DNA of 64,000 nucleotides from Zancudomyces culisetae HAW-14-8 (lineage: Eukaryota > Fungi > Kickxellomycota), in the NCBI GenBank assembly GCA_052426225.1, contig JBNJNM010000008.1, positions 992,001 to 1,056,000 on the forward strand. The letters are read 5' to 3'. The notes under the pieces are model-generated. The model ran no database searches and had not been told where the DNA came from. It was given only the letters and a program-made list of their open reading frames with translations. A program made the translations under genes and the position numbers. Shown here in pieces: positions 1-12,202 of the stretch; the first letter of the stretch is position 1; every line of letters starts with the position of its first letter.

Positions 1-2105
1 AAGGAACTGAATACCGTAGCGCCCGCCAAAGCCATGAATATATCCTCTATGGTAGGTAATGGGTAGGAGTCTTTTCGCGTGATTTGATTAAGCTTCCTGT
101 AGTCGGCACAGATGCGCAACCGACCATCCTTCTTCCATACGGTCACAACAGGAGAGCACCATTCAGAAGTACATGGTGATATCACTCCGTTGTTTTCCAT
201 GACACGCAGTTCTTCTCTTACTTTCTCATACAGGTGAAACGGAATCCTGTAAGGCCGCTGCTTTATTGGCCTTTCTGACGTTAGTTCTATTCTATGCTGG
301 GTTACATCAGTTTGTGTCAACTGGCTGATGTCCTTGATGAATAAATCCTCGTTATCAGCAACCAACTCCTGTATCCTTGGATCCTGACATTGCTCCTCCT
401 CTAGTTTCAATTGGTTTGGTGCCATTACTAAGTAAACCTCTGCTTCCTCCCACTCATCCTCATCTGTAACTGACCTTATATAAAGCGGTGATATCAGCAT
501 GCGGTTGCCTATGGGTAAGCTCAATTGACTCTTCAACAAATCTATAGTTGCTCTATTCCTGTACAACCAATCTGTGCCTAGAATCAAGATGTCCTCTTTT
601 CTGTCCATGATCGTGAGTGTAGCGGCAAATGTATAATTTCCTATCTGTATTGGCACCTCCTTAATCGTGCCCAACGGAGCATGCCGCTTTCCGTCAGCCG
701 TTACTATGACCTGCCCATCAGTGCTTTCGGCTACTAGTCCTCATCTATAAGCCAACCTGGGGGTGGCCACGGAGCATGCAGCTCCAGTGTCAACAATTGC
801 CCAGATCTTTTGACTGAAGACTCTCACCTCAACCTTGCAACTTGTGGTTCTTTCTGATTTTACCTGTAATTCATTAAGCTCAGTCTTGCGTACTTTCTTA
901 ACCATCTGTCCCATATCTTGTGATAAGTGTGGTGCGGCTTGTATAAGCTGGGGTAAGCTGATATGCGGGTAGTAGTTCATAAGATCCGCAGTTAAATTAA
1001 ATGGCTCCACACCCTCTGTTATCTTTGGTATGAGTTTGTTCCTTTGCTTTGACCCCTCTGTGCTTATAGCCACCTTTTCAGTACTAAACTGGTTTCCTGT
1101 TGTAACATTCACGCCCGCCGGCTCCACTTTCATATCCTCTACTTCCTGTCCATGCACAACTGGTACAGGTTTAACTTGCATCGGCTTCCTGCCACTAATG
1201 GTACCATTGTACGCATACGGCTTTGAACTATCTCTACCTTTGCTGCCTCGGTTCACTGCAAATAACTCCGTGTCTTCTATCTCTGGCGTTTTTATCTCCA
1301 TGTAGTTGACACTACTGTCTTTCCTTTTGTCTCTGTTTGGGCATTCTGGTGACTTATGTCCTTCTTGCCCACACGTGAAACACTTGATTGGTCCTCTGGT
1401 AAAGTTCTGAATTCGTGGACGGCGACTCTCTCGTAATCTGTTCTCTACCATCTCATCCACTTTTGTCAACAGATTAACACTCCACTCCTCCATTTTCTTC
1501 AGCATCACCTCATATCCTAAGTTCTCCTGCGTCATGTCACTTATTGGTCTGCCTGAATGAGGTAGCTGAATGCGCGGTTTTGTCTGCTTCTGTATGATAT
1601 CTTTTTCTACCAAAACCGTTTTTTTCTGTCCAGCATGCTGTTGCTCGTCTTTGCTCAGTAACTCCACAATGTTTGACCAACTTTCCATACCTGAATCCCT
1701 AACTCTTACTCTGTTTTCAGCTGTCAGCGTGCTGAGTAACCAGTTAGTTTTCTGGCTCTCCTCTGTAATTTTTGCTTTTTCCAACACCTCCTCCAACTCG
1801 TACTCTAGCTCCTCTATCGACTCAAAATCCTCTTGACGCAATGATTTCAACTTTTCTACGTACTTCAAACTCTGATCTTTTGGCCCAAACTTTGTAACAA
1901 ACAGTTTTGTGAATTCTTCCCAGGTGGTGAAGTTTGCCTTACATTTCTTGTACCATATTGCCTCACGTTTGCCCAAATATAGCTGCACAAAATCGATCCA
2001 GTCATTAGGATCCCACTTATTTAACTTGGCGATGATACGGTATCTTTCAACCCACTCGCTGGGGTCTGTCCCGCTGGACGTCTCAAATATTTCTGGCTTA
2101 TTCAT
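1..2105 (-). pseudogene. gag-pol of element A with in-frame TGA in the protease
   Basis: CCHC knuckle CFTCGQEGHKSPEC and protease VDTGA; after the TGA at 741..743 (W in homologue M) the frame continues through ILGTDWL and RT motifs WCSPVV, RICADYRKLN. Confidence 0.9.
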
Positions 2106-2620
2106 TCCTATTCCTAACTTTCACTTCACTGTTGTGGTGCTAACGCTGTTTAGCCTAACTATTTTTCACTAACCTATACTCTTGCTGGCCTTATGCCTAG
2201 CTGGGAGCGCCAATTGTAATATTATTTTAAATATGTTTGCCTTTTTAGGGGCTTTGTACTCAACTCCGAACTCTATCGCACTTGTATAGTTTTTATCCTA
2301 CACCCTTGCTAATAGTTCGTTTTCTGAAGTTAGTACAGTCGTAATTTTTGTATATCTTATTTTTGTTTTATTCTTATTTTCTTCTTCAAAACTGTGTATA
2401 AATTATATATATCTTTTGTTATCTCTAAAACTAATTATAAAACTTTTCCTGATAACGACTAACCTGTTATCAAGGATAGAAATTGGATAAAACCCTCCAT
2501 AGGGAGAAAAGTCCAATCTCCAATGAAATAAATATGATAAAATAAATATGATAAACTAAATATGATAAATAAACTGCCAATCAAAGCTAGAAGGTATGAA
2601 CTATCATTAATTATATGACA
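1..2620 (-). mobile_element. Ty3/Gypsy element A, cut off by the window's left edge; 5' LTR 2215..2620
   Basis: LTR TGTCA...TTACA on the minus strand, followed by AT and PBS TGGCGCTCCCAGCTAGG (about 2196..2212), then gag-PR-RT. Confidence 0.9.
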
Positions 2621-2623
2621 GTC

Positions 2624-3310
2624 TGTTGTAATTTTAGTTTGCAGAAAATTTCTCAGAAAATTTCCGCAACTAAACCTACAAAAAGTTCTGCTAATTGAGG
2701 GGGATTGTTACTGGAATAAGTTTTACTTTATTTATCCAGTCAACCCTACCTTTTTAGCTTATATTTTATTTAGTTTTATGTATTTATTACTTCAATAAAT
2801 GCGATAAAACTGGGTAAAATTACGCCAAACTCCTAAAATTTGGTGTGCAAAACAATTAATTTTGGTCCAAAAATTAGACTCTGATACCTTTCTGATACCC
2901 TTTGAAAATTGTGTTACGCTTCACTACCTATGTTTTTTTTTGGTTTTAGGTAGGTTTTTGCTCAAATCACAAATTTCAATTTTATAGAGTAAAATCAAGT
3001 ATTTTAGAGCTAATTTGTATTTTATTTAATGAATAACTTTTAAAAATAAAAAGATAAAACCACCAAACTTGTGGTGAGGTTACAGTAATATACTAGTACC
3101 TGACTAGCTATTTTATTAGAACTTTATATAATAGAAACTTAAAATAAAATAATCAAAACTTAATATTGACTCACTTTTTGGGTGATAATTTCACCCTAGT
3201 AATCCCAGATTACTAGCTCGAACACCCGAGATAACGGTGGTTATTCGGTGTTTGAGAAGCTGTATGCTGTTCATCCAATAGTTTAGCTTGGTAGAACTAA
3301 GCATACAACA
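2624..3310. repeat. Solo LTR family B
   Basis: TGTTG...CAACA ends; inverted copies at 19332..20020 and 41756..42859. Confidence 0.85.
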
Positions 3311-3313
3311 TTG

Positions 3314-3740
3314 TGTTATATTTTATTTCTAAAATATATGTATTTACTATAATTGTTCTATAATATTTCTTTAAGTTATTGTTATTAACTATAACAAGGT
3401 AATTATATTTTTAACTGATTATTTTCTGTATATGTTTTCTTTATTTTGTCAAATATTTCCCTTTTTTATACTTTTTTTCTTTCTAAGTATAAATTAATTT
3501 AAACTAAGATACTGAAACTAAACGACATTAATACTATAACAATAAATTACTATTAAAAATTATATGACTAAACAAACGTTTGTATTGCGACACTATGAGT
3601 CATCAGAAAAAACTAGTTGACGTTATTTTCATCGATAGTGAAAAAAACTGATCCTCATTAGTTATCGCAAACTAATAATTTGTTCGTTTGCATGATGACT
3701 AATTAATTAGTCATCATGCTCTCCTGCCCACTATATGACA
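3314..3740. repeat. Solo LTR family N
   Basis: TGTTA...TGACA ends between stacked LTRs; terminal 13 nt match the start of the unit at 20419 in reverse. Confidence 0.7.
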
Positions 3741-3745
3741 GTGTT

Positions 3746-3999
3746 TGTTGTGTGTTGCCATGTTTAAGGTCCCATTTAGTGTTTTTTACACTAAATAACA
3801 CACGGGACGGGTCATTTTACTTACCTTTTACTATATGCTGCGAATTATTATACAGTACTTTGGATTTTGCAAAAGAGGACATTTATTTAGTTAAACAAAA
3901 ATTTCAATTTTATACAATAAAATCAACAATAAATCTAACTAAAAATTACAAAACACAATTAACCAATGGAAATGTTTCACCTATTGTAGGCATACAACA
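3746..3999. repeat. Solo LTR family G (254 bp), TSD TGTT
   Basis: Near-identical copy at 4701..4954 and inverted copy at 48317..48568. Confidence 0.9.
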
Positions 4000-4004
4000 T
4001 GTTG

Positions 4005-4458
4005 TGTTAGCGAGTTGGTTCTTTATCCTCGCTTAATTAAAAACTGTTATTTACTTTGATAACTAAATATGTATTTAACTATATTTATTCAAGTTTTAAA
4101 TATATATAAGTTATAGACTTCTAGTAAATAGATCAAAACTGAATTTATTGATATCTTACGACTTACTGAAAAACTTCAAGTATTTATAACTTAAAAACTA
4201 ACTAATACTTAATAAACTACTATAAAACTATATAATAATTAAAACCTATTTTTTTGTTATTAATTCTAATCTAGAAAAAACCCGAATATCAAAAGAAACT
4301 AAACTAGAACCTTGTAATGTTAAATAAACTAATTATAAACTTTAGCAGATCATATAATTTGACCTACAATATTAATAATATAAATAATATAAATAAACAA
4401 ACCTAATTGGAGTGCCGATTATATCGTGGTTAGAGGTGATCTACGCCACTATATAACA
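4005..4458. repeat. Solo LTR family D, TSD GTTG
   Basis: TGTTA...TAACA; inverted copy at 48573..49014 and diverged relative at 39988..40418. Confidence 0.88.
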
Positions 4459-4462
4459 GTTG

Positions 4463-4696
4463 TGTCGTGTAGTGAAAATGCTTAACGTCCTACTTGGTAA
4501 CTTTCGCTACCAAGTACTACATGGGACGGGTCAATTTCAATAATATATATATTTATTATACTATTATTTATATTTGGAAAAGGACAATTTATTAATTAAT
4601 TCACAATAAACATATTTATACGATTTCTATAAAATACATCTATTAAACTAACCAATAAAATTGGGACAACTCTTCAGTATAGTTTACTATACGACA
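4463..4696. repeat. Solo LTR family O (G-related), TSD GTTG
   Basis: TGTCG...CGACA; shares GGGACGGGTCA and AGGACA motifs with G. Confidence 0.82.
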
Positions 4697-4700
4697 GTTG

Positions 4701-4954
4701 TGTTGTGTGTTGCCATGTTTAACGTCCCATTTAGTGTTTTTTACACCAAATAACACACGGGACGGGTCATTTTACTTATTTTTTACTATATGCTGCGAAT
4801 TATTCTATAGTTATTTTGATTAGGCAAAAGAGGACATTTATTTAGTTAAACAAAAATTTCAATTTTATACAATAAAATCTACAAAAAATCTAACTAAAAA
4901 TTACAAAACACAATTAACCAATGGAAATGATTCGCCTATTGTAGGCATACAACA
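4701..4954. repeat. Solo LTR family G, TSD GTTG
   Basis: Direct copy of 3746..3999. Confidence 0.9.
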
Positions 4955-4958
4955 GTTG

Positions 4959-5332
4959 TGTCGTGAATTTTAATCACCGCAATTTATAATTTTTTCCCAC
5001 TGGGTTTTTAATAAATTGCTAAGATGGTTAGATTAAATTCACGTTACATTCCCGTAAATCCGCATGACAAAGCATTTAAGATGGATCGATAATTGAGAAA
5101 TTCATCCCCAACACGTTTATAAATTTTAATGACTGGATTTACAATTTTAGCTTATGTTTCATTTACTTGTTTCAGATTATTAATATTTCACATGATATCA
5201 TAAAATTTTTATGATTATAGTTTTTTATTAGGATAATAAATTTTACAGAATTTATATTAAGGTTTAGTATTTCTAAAATAAAACATCATCAGTTCTCAAA
5301 TACAGTTTTACTTATACTATATTTATACGACA
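4959..5332. repeat. Solo LTR family K, TSD GTTG
   Basis: TGTCG...CGACA; the right TSD copy overlaps the terminal TG of the next LTR. Confidence 0.8.
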
Positions 5333-5334
5333 GT

Positions 5335-5734
5335 TGTCGTGTAAAATTTAAACCAGATTGATGTGTAGTATGCTACCAACGTGATAATACAATCAATCAC
5401 ATTTTCTTTATTATAGCACTGATTGTTGAGAGTGCTCGTACAATCCTTTTCTTCATTGTGGTTTTGGTTGTATACTAACAATAGTTATTATATATATTAT
5501 ATTACTTATGGTTATTTACACTATACTTTTACTTATACAACTTCATAAATAGCGACTCAAGGAACTTCAGAATTCCTTGTCAGATTTTTCCTCCAACTTT
5601 TCGAATAGTACTTTATTATAAATAAACAACTAAAACATACTATAAAGTTAAAAGATCTTGGGCCAATTTAGTATATTCTGCTTGTCGTACTGATATATAC
5701 TATTAAATATTAAAATACAAAAAATTATACGACA
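5335..5734. repeat. Solo LTR family P, reconstructed TSD GTGT
   Basis: TGTCG...CGACA; removing the five later inserts restores GTGT on both sides. Confidence 0.8.
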
Positions 5735-6091
5735 GTGTTGTGTGATGTAATAATCATAATGCGGGAGATCATGATTATTATGTTCATCACGTGTCATACC
5801 AGTTCGGGTATGACCACTTGATGAGGATGCACCACTACCCCGTAGTGTGATGTGCATATAGGGGTGCTCGGGTGAGCTATTTCCCCTGTACAATGTCGGT
5901 GAGATGCTGCGCACGGACATTGGTTCTGGGCTCCTACGGATTTGGAGTTGACGGACACTTTCTGTCAACTCCCCAAGAGTCCGAGGGCTTAGAACCCCGG
6001 TCTCTTGGTCCATGCTACTAGCCGTACTCAGACTGGAGCTAGTTTCTGAATCCCTCTTGGATTCGCTTTTACTATAAAAGAAATAGTACAT
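5648..6091 (-). CDS. LTR-encoded Ser-rich ORF (copy of the Gag N-terminal extension in the 3' LTR of C)
   Basis: First 116 codons lie inside the LTR; matches 17535..17359 joined to 11257..11086; homologue at 40401..40721. Confidence 0.65.
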   Translation of the reverse strand: MYYFFYSKSESKRDSETSSSLSTASSMDQETGVLSPRTLGELTESVRQLQIRRSPEPMSVRSISPTLYRGNSSPEHPYMHITLRGSGASSSSGHTRTGMTRDEHNNHDLPHYDYYITQHCRIIFCILIFNSIYQYDKQNILNWPKIF

Positions 6092-6571
6092 TTTTGGTTA
6101 TTGGTTATTATAAATAATATTCTGAAGTCTGTTTTATTGTGTTTAAATAAATATACTATTTAATCCGTTGAGTAGAACATGGATGAGGTTTTTCCATTTC
6201 CCTCTTGTTCCTTAAATATAAATTTCTATTAAACTGCTACTATCTTCAAAACGTTTAAATTACTATTACTTATGTACTATAAGAACTATTATGACTTGAT
6301 ACTGACTTCCTCTACATATTTTACTTATGTAGTGAATGTTGAATTAGGTGTTGGGAACACCTAATAATTATTATTTAATTTAGGATTTAGTATGAAGACA
6401 TTTTTCATACTAAATTCTATCATTATTGAGTCGACTCAGCATGTAGAATTAATTTCATACTGTGTCGCTCATTTTCCAAATTGAATTTCATGCAGTTACA
6501 AAAATTTAATTTTCATTCTGCGATGAGTGTACTTCAATTTGTACTACAATTGTACTTAAATGTACAATTGC

Positions 6572-9500
6572 TCACTCATGCGACATTTCCCCACTTAATT
6601 CTTGATCATCCTCGATCATCTTATCTTCTGTAGGCTGTTTCATGGATATTGCGCCAGTTGTTCGAGCACTGCCTGTGTATAGGTCTGGTATGATTTCGTA
6701 TTCGGGGTAATATTTTCTCAATCTGTCCACATGTACTTTATCAACGTTACCCGCTCTGTCTATTATTTCATATATCCCGTTACCTAGGTTTTTAATTACT
6801 TCGAATGGTCCGACGTTCCTGTGCATTGTAAAAGGATTACGGGTTGCCGTGGCTTTAAGTACTTGTTCCCCTATTTCGAATACCCTTGGTCGTACCCCTT
6901 TGTTGTACCTATTCTCTTCATATGCTTTTTGTTTTTTGGCTAACTCAATCGACAACTGTCTGTATGTTGGTATTTCCTTCTCCAGAAACTCTAGTCTAGT
7001 ACGAAGCGCAACTTCCTTTTTAAGGTCCTTTGGTATTTCACTACTCCATATTTCCGGAGTAAGCAGTTTTAAACCATATACTACCTCTGCTGGCGATCTT
7101 CCAAGACTTTTGTGAATTGTTGTCCTCATTGTTAGCAGTGTGCGCCATATGTATGCGTCCCAGTTCTCCGGTCTGCTAATTGTCTGTTTGATTAGTAATT
7201 GTTTTAAAGTTTGAATAGACCGTTCAACTTGTCCGTTTGATGATGGCCTATACGCCGTCACCGGTTTTTGTTCGATCCCCAAAAACTCATTGAATCTTGC
7301 ACAAGCCTCGTTGCTTAAGTGTGTTCCTCGATCTGTGATTAATATTTTCGGTACTCCAAAGTTCGCTATGATCATCTCCGTTATGAAGGTACATATTACT
7401 TCGGCGTTTATTGCTTTTACTGCTAGTGCTACGGGCCACTTTGTGAAATAATCCACTGCTACAATTATGTATTTATTTCCTTCAGGTTTTGTTATGGGAT
7501 TCATAGGACCTGCTACATCCAGCCCCCATACCTTAAACGGTTCATTTGGAATAATTGGGTGTAGTCTTTCAGCTTTTCGTTGGCTATAATTAGTTCGTTG
7601 GCACACTTCGCAGCGTTCACAGATTAGTTTCACCATTGGGTAACTATTAGGAGCGTAATAGTGTTCGCTCAGGTATCGGTACGTTGCAACTGCGTTTCGG
7701 TGTTGTTCGTAGTGGATTCTATATATTGTTTCGTGCAACTCATTTGGGTGTAAGTATTTCCTCTTTACTTTGTCGTTATGTATAATGGTATCTCCTTGTA
7801 AGGCTAACATTGATATCAGTTTGTCGCCTTTTGTTGTGTCATTTATAGCTATATTATATTTTATCTTGTTTTTCAACTCCTCATATCCTTTAACAGAAAT
7901 GTATAACACTTCTTCAATCTGCTCTGGTATATCCTCCCAGGGAAATCTGCTTAAGTAGTCTGCCGGGTTTGTTTTCCCTTCCCGGTGTATAACATCAAAG
8001 TCGTAATGCCTCAGTTTTAACACCCATCTACCGATACGGCCTTTTACTGGTTCCTTTTTGAACAGCTCTACCAGCGCGCTATGGTCAGTAATAACGGTAA
8101 ATTTTCTTCCATATAAATAATAGTGGAAGTGTGTTAGCGCCCAGACGACTGCTAACCCTTCTAGGTGTGTAATGCTGTAATTTGATTCTGCTGGCGAAAG
8201 TGTCCTGCTAGCATAACATATTACACCTTCCTTGCCTTCTGCTCCTTGTGCCAATATGGCACCTAGGCCCGCGGTTGATGCATCCGTTATTACTGTGAAG
8301 TCCTTGTTCCAGTCCGGGTGGTTGAGTATTGGTCGATTTATTAACTGATTCTGGAGGTATTCATATGCCTGTTGTTGCTCGGCGCCCCATGTATAGTTTA
8401 CGTTTTTCTTTGTTAACGTTGTTAGCGGCTTCGCTATAGCTGAAAAATTTTTTATGAATTTTCTGTAGTACCCGACTAGTCCTAAGTAACTTCGAATCCC
8501 ATCTACATCCTTAGGTGGTACTAAGGTTTTCACTTTTTGAATGTTCTCAGTGTCCGGTTTTATTCCTTGTGCACTAATCGTGTGTCTAAATATTTTACTT
8601 CCGTGTACCCTATCCTACACTTTTCTGCATGTAATTTAATGTTATTAGCTTTTAGCAATTCTATTATTCTATACATCTTGTATATGTTCATTAAACAATT
8701 TAGAATAAATTATAATATCGTCAATGTACACCATGACGCATCAGTGTAATTCGCTTTTCAGTACGTCCTCCATCACTCTTTGAAATATGGATGGAGCATT
8801 CGTCAGACCGAATGGGAGTACAGTAAATTGGAATAACCCTAGGCCAGGGCCAGGTGTGAAGGCAGTCATTTCTTGGGTAACACGATCGAGTGGTATTTGC
8901 CAATACCCACTAAGCGCATCAAGTGTAGAAAAGTACTTTGCACCTTGTAGATTACTGAGTATTTCGTCAATATTCGGAATTGGGTACGCATCTTTTCTTG
9001 AAATATCATTCAACTTTCGGTAGTCGACACATATTCTCTTTTTCCCGTCCTTTTTATTAACTACTACCATAGGGAAACAGTATGGACTGTTCGATTTTAT
9101 GATAACACCCTGTGTCTCCATTTCTGCTATTTGGTTCATGACTTCCTCCTGTAATCTTTTCGCTAGTCGGTATGGTTTGCAATGAATCGGTTTTGGGTCG
9201 AGTAATTCAATTATTACCGGTTCAACCTTGGCTCTACGAAATTCTTCTAGATCATGAGCAAACTCATCCTCATTATCCCTTATCACCGCCTTAAGTTGCT
9301 GCTTTTGATGCTCTTCTAACTGTTGGTTAATGATCATGCCTTGGTTATCTATCAGGTTTACTGCCAAAATGGTTTTTGTCGGTTCTGTATTGCCATCCTG
9401 TCTTAAGATTAAAGGTACTTCATGTACTCTCCCTTTTATGTTGCAGTACATTATATTCTTCTCCATATTTATATGTGCTTTTAAACATGCAAATAGGTCT

Positions 9501-11257
9501 ACTCCCAATAGTAGAAGATCCGGTTTTCCCTGCTTGATTGAGTATATTGGTATGCAAACACTAAATGTATCGAATGTTATTTGTACTGATGGATAGTACC
9601 GTGGTTTGGAATGGTGTCCTTCCACTCCAACAATAGTCACAGTTGTTTCTTGCCCTTTGCCTAAATTCAGTCTTCTAGCCATTTCGCTGCTCATCAGATT
9701 GGTGGCTGCTCCACTGTCATATTGAAATCTTGTACTTATGTTATTTACTTTGACACTACCCATTATGGCGGTTATCTTATTACTCATCTCTCTTTGCGAA
9801 ACTACTGGATGCTTAATGCCTTGTTCCTTTATCTCCACTAAGTTTACTTCGTGACGAGGATTATCTGGGGTTCTTTTAATTGGGCTGGCGGTTTTCATTT
9901 CGACATCCTCAATTGATGCCGTACAGTCACTTGCGTAATGGCCATATTGTCGGCACTTGTAGCATCGGATGTTGTTTCTCTCCATTTTATTATACCTATT
10001 ATTCTTTGTTGGAGTCTCGTATTTGCTTCTGTTCTCTGTACGCGGCTTCTCACTTGATTTATATGGTCTATTGTTATTTGAATTATTAAACTTAATTGTA
10101 TTGTTAATGTTTTTGTTGTTATATGTTTTTTGATTTTTAATATTATTATATATTTTTTGTTTATTGCCATGCTGTATACGAATGCCTTGAGATTTTTTAG
10201 TTTCGATAATATCTTCTTCTCTTTGTATCATATATGTTAGCATTGATTTCATAGTAATTCCATCCTTATTATTTCGCATATGTTGTTTATCTGCTGGATT
10301 CAGTTTTTTAAAAACTTTCTCCGCCATCTTCTCAGTATCCTCGATTTTCATGTTTTTGAACAACCTTTTTAGATCCGCAAAGGTTGTTATAGGATTGTTA
10401 TTATAAAGATTATATTTTTCGAACTGTTTCCGAGCTTCCGAAGTGTCCCTATATTTATTACAAGTTGATATAAATAGATCGCAGTATTCTTCCCAGTCAT
10501 CCTGTATTACCATTAGGTCGACTAATGTTTTCTTTATACTGCCTTCTAAAAAGTTTTCCAAATATATGAACGTTTCCTCCAAAGTCATAACGTGTTCCAA
10601 CGCGTTTACATGCTTGCAGAAATAATTTAAAAACTCTTCAGGATCCTGGTCCCATGAATTGCTAAATACTGATGGTGGTACTGGTAACCATCCTGGTGCC
10701 AATTCTTTCTGTCCCATTTTCATTCGTTCTTGAGTTGCTTTAACATTGGATTCTAGTACCTCTTTAGCAGTCTTACTTCCTATTACTTGTGTTCTGATTT
10801 TTGTCTTACTAGTACCTGCTTCTTTGTTTTCATTTTGTTTTCCGGAACTGGTATCGAAGTTGAAAATTTCGATACTTTTTGGAGCAAATTCTTTAAGTTT
10901 ATTTACTCCATTTGTAAATAATCTCTTAGCTACTTGTGCTGTAGAAGGTTTTGGTGTGGAGTCTGTACTGTTACTACTTCGAGGAGAAAAGTATAACTTT
11001 GGTGAATCTGATATCGCTGGGCTACCCCTTGCCTGGTCTTCATCCCTGTGATCATTGTTGAAAAATGATCCTGTCGCTGACGCCATGTCGTAATAATCAT
11101 AATTCGGGAGATCATGATTATTATGTTCATCACGTGACATACCAGTTCGGGTATGACCACTTGATGAGGATGCACCACTACCCCGTAGTGTGATGTGCAT
11201 ATAGGGGTGCTCGGGTGAGCTATTTCCCCTGTACAATGTCGGTGAGATGCTGCTCAC
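6572..11257 (-). pseudogene. gag-pol of element C (Gag CCHC, PR, RT, RNase H, integrase)
   Basis: [36 protein letters not shown], integrase DVAG/TDRG/VER, GPF; TGA at 8741 and frameshifts near 8580..8670. Confidence 0.93.
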
Positions 11258-11536
11258 TGTTAGGAATGGCAATATATTCCAAAAAATGGATCTTTGTTGG
11301 AATCGATCCTAAAATGTTAGGAATGGCAAATTCCCGGAACATAAATTTTAGTTTACATTTTTGTTCTATCAAAAATTAAACTATTTTATTATTTCACTTA
11401 CGACATTCAAATAAGCCATTCCGACATTGGAATCATGTATGCAAAATTCACCATGAAATCACAGTATTTATTATTGGGAAAATTGACAAAGAAAATTAAA
11501 GAAAATTTTCAATAATTAAATTTATAAAATTCATGT

Positions 11537-11725
11537 TAAAATCGATATACAAAATCATAGGCAAAATCGATATACAATATCGTAGGCAAAATCGATATAC
11601 AAAATCATAGGCAAAATCGATATACAATATCGTAGGCAAAATAGATAACCAAAAACCATGATAAAATTGGATAACCAAAAACCATGATAAAATTCGATAA
11701 CCAAAAACCATGATAAAATTCGATA
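11537..11725 (+). repeat. Tandem 25-26 bp repeats in the LTR U3 (also 16857..17045)
   Basis: AAAATCGATATACAAWATCRTAGGC x4, then GATAACCAAAAACCATGATAAAATTS x3. Confidence 0.9.
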
Positions 11726-12202
11726 AAGTAATCTCATGAATAAATCAAACAAGAAGTTTGATAAACTCAATTTTGATAGTTACTTTAAATTAGTTCATTT
11801 TTACATAGTAAAATTTTAAAACTAAAAAATTATTATCACTAAGTTTTTTCATAGCAAATTTCTCTGATGAAAAAATATATAAACCCTTCGAAATTCCGTT
11901 GGGATACATCAGAGAAAAATATATCATTAACTCATCTAATAATATATTTTTCTAAATAACTACTTCTTCCTAATAAATAATAATACTGAATATTAATCAC
12001 AGCATAGTTATAAGCAGCTCATTGATTATAACATAATATTTTTCTCTCTGCCGTCTCCAAAGATCCAGGCCAGACTTCACCAGTAAAATCAAGCTTTCAC
12101 ATAGCTGTCTTTCTGTATTCCGCTGTATAATCCAGTATCCGTCAAAGAGTCCTGTTTCAGCGTACACCGCCTCCCTTAAGTATTGCTACCATCTAGTACA
12201 CC

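Noticed and set aside
741-743. Programmed stop-codon readthrough in element A
   Set aside because: The TGA lies inside the protease at a Trp position of homologue M, so it is a nonsense mutation.
3740-5340. CRISPR array
   Set aside because: The recurring junctions are LTR termini plus 4-bp TSDs, units are 230-450 bp, and there are no cas genes.
11496-11770. Repetitive 71-aa ORFs (also 16816..17090)
   Set aside because: They are translations of the LTR minisatellite.
11865-11920. Hammerhead ribozyme (CTGATGA...CGAAA) in the chromovirus LTR
   Set aside because: No credible stem II, and the core itself pairs with CATCAG; better explained as the TATA/self-priming hairpin.
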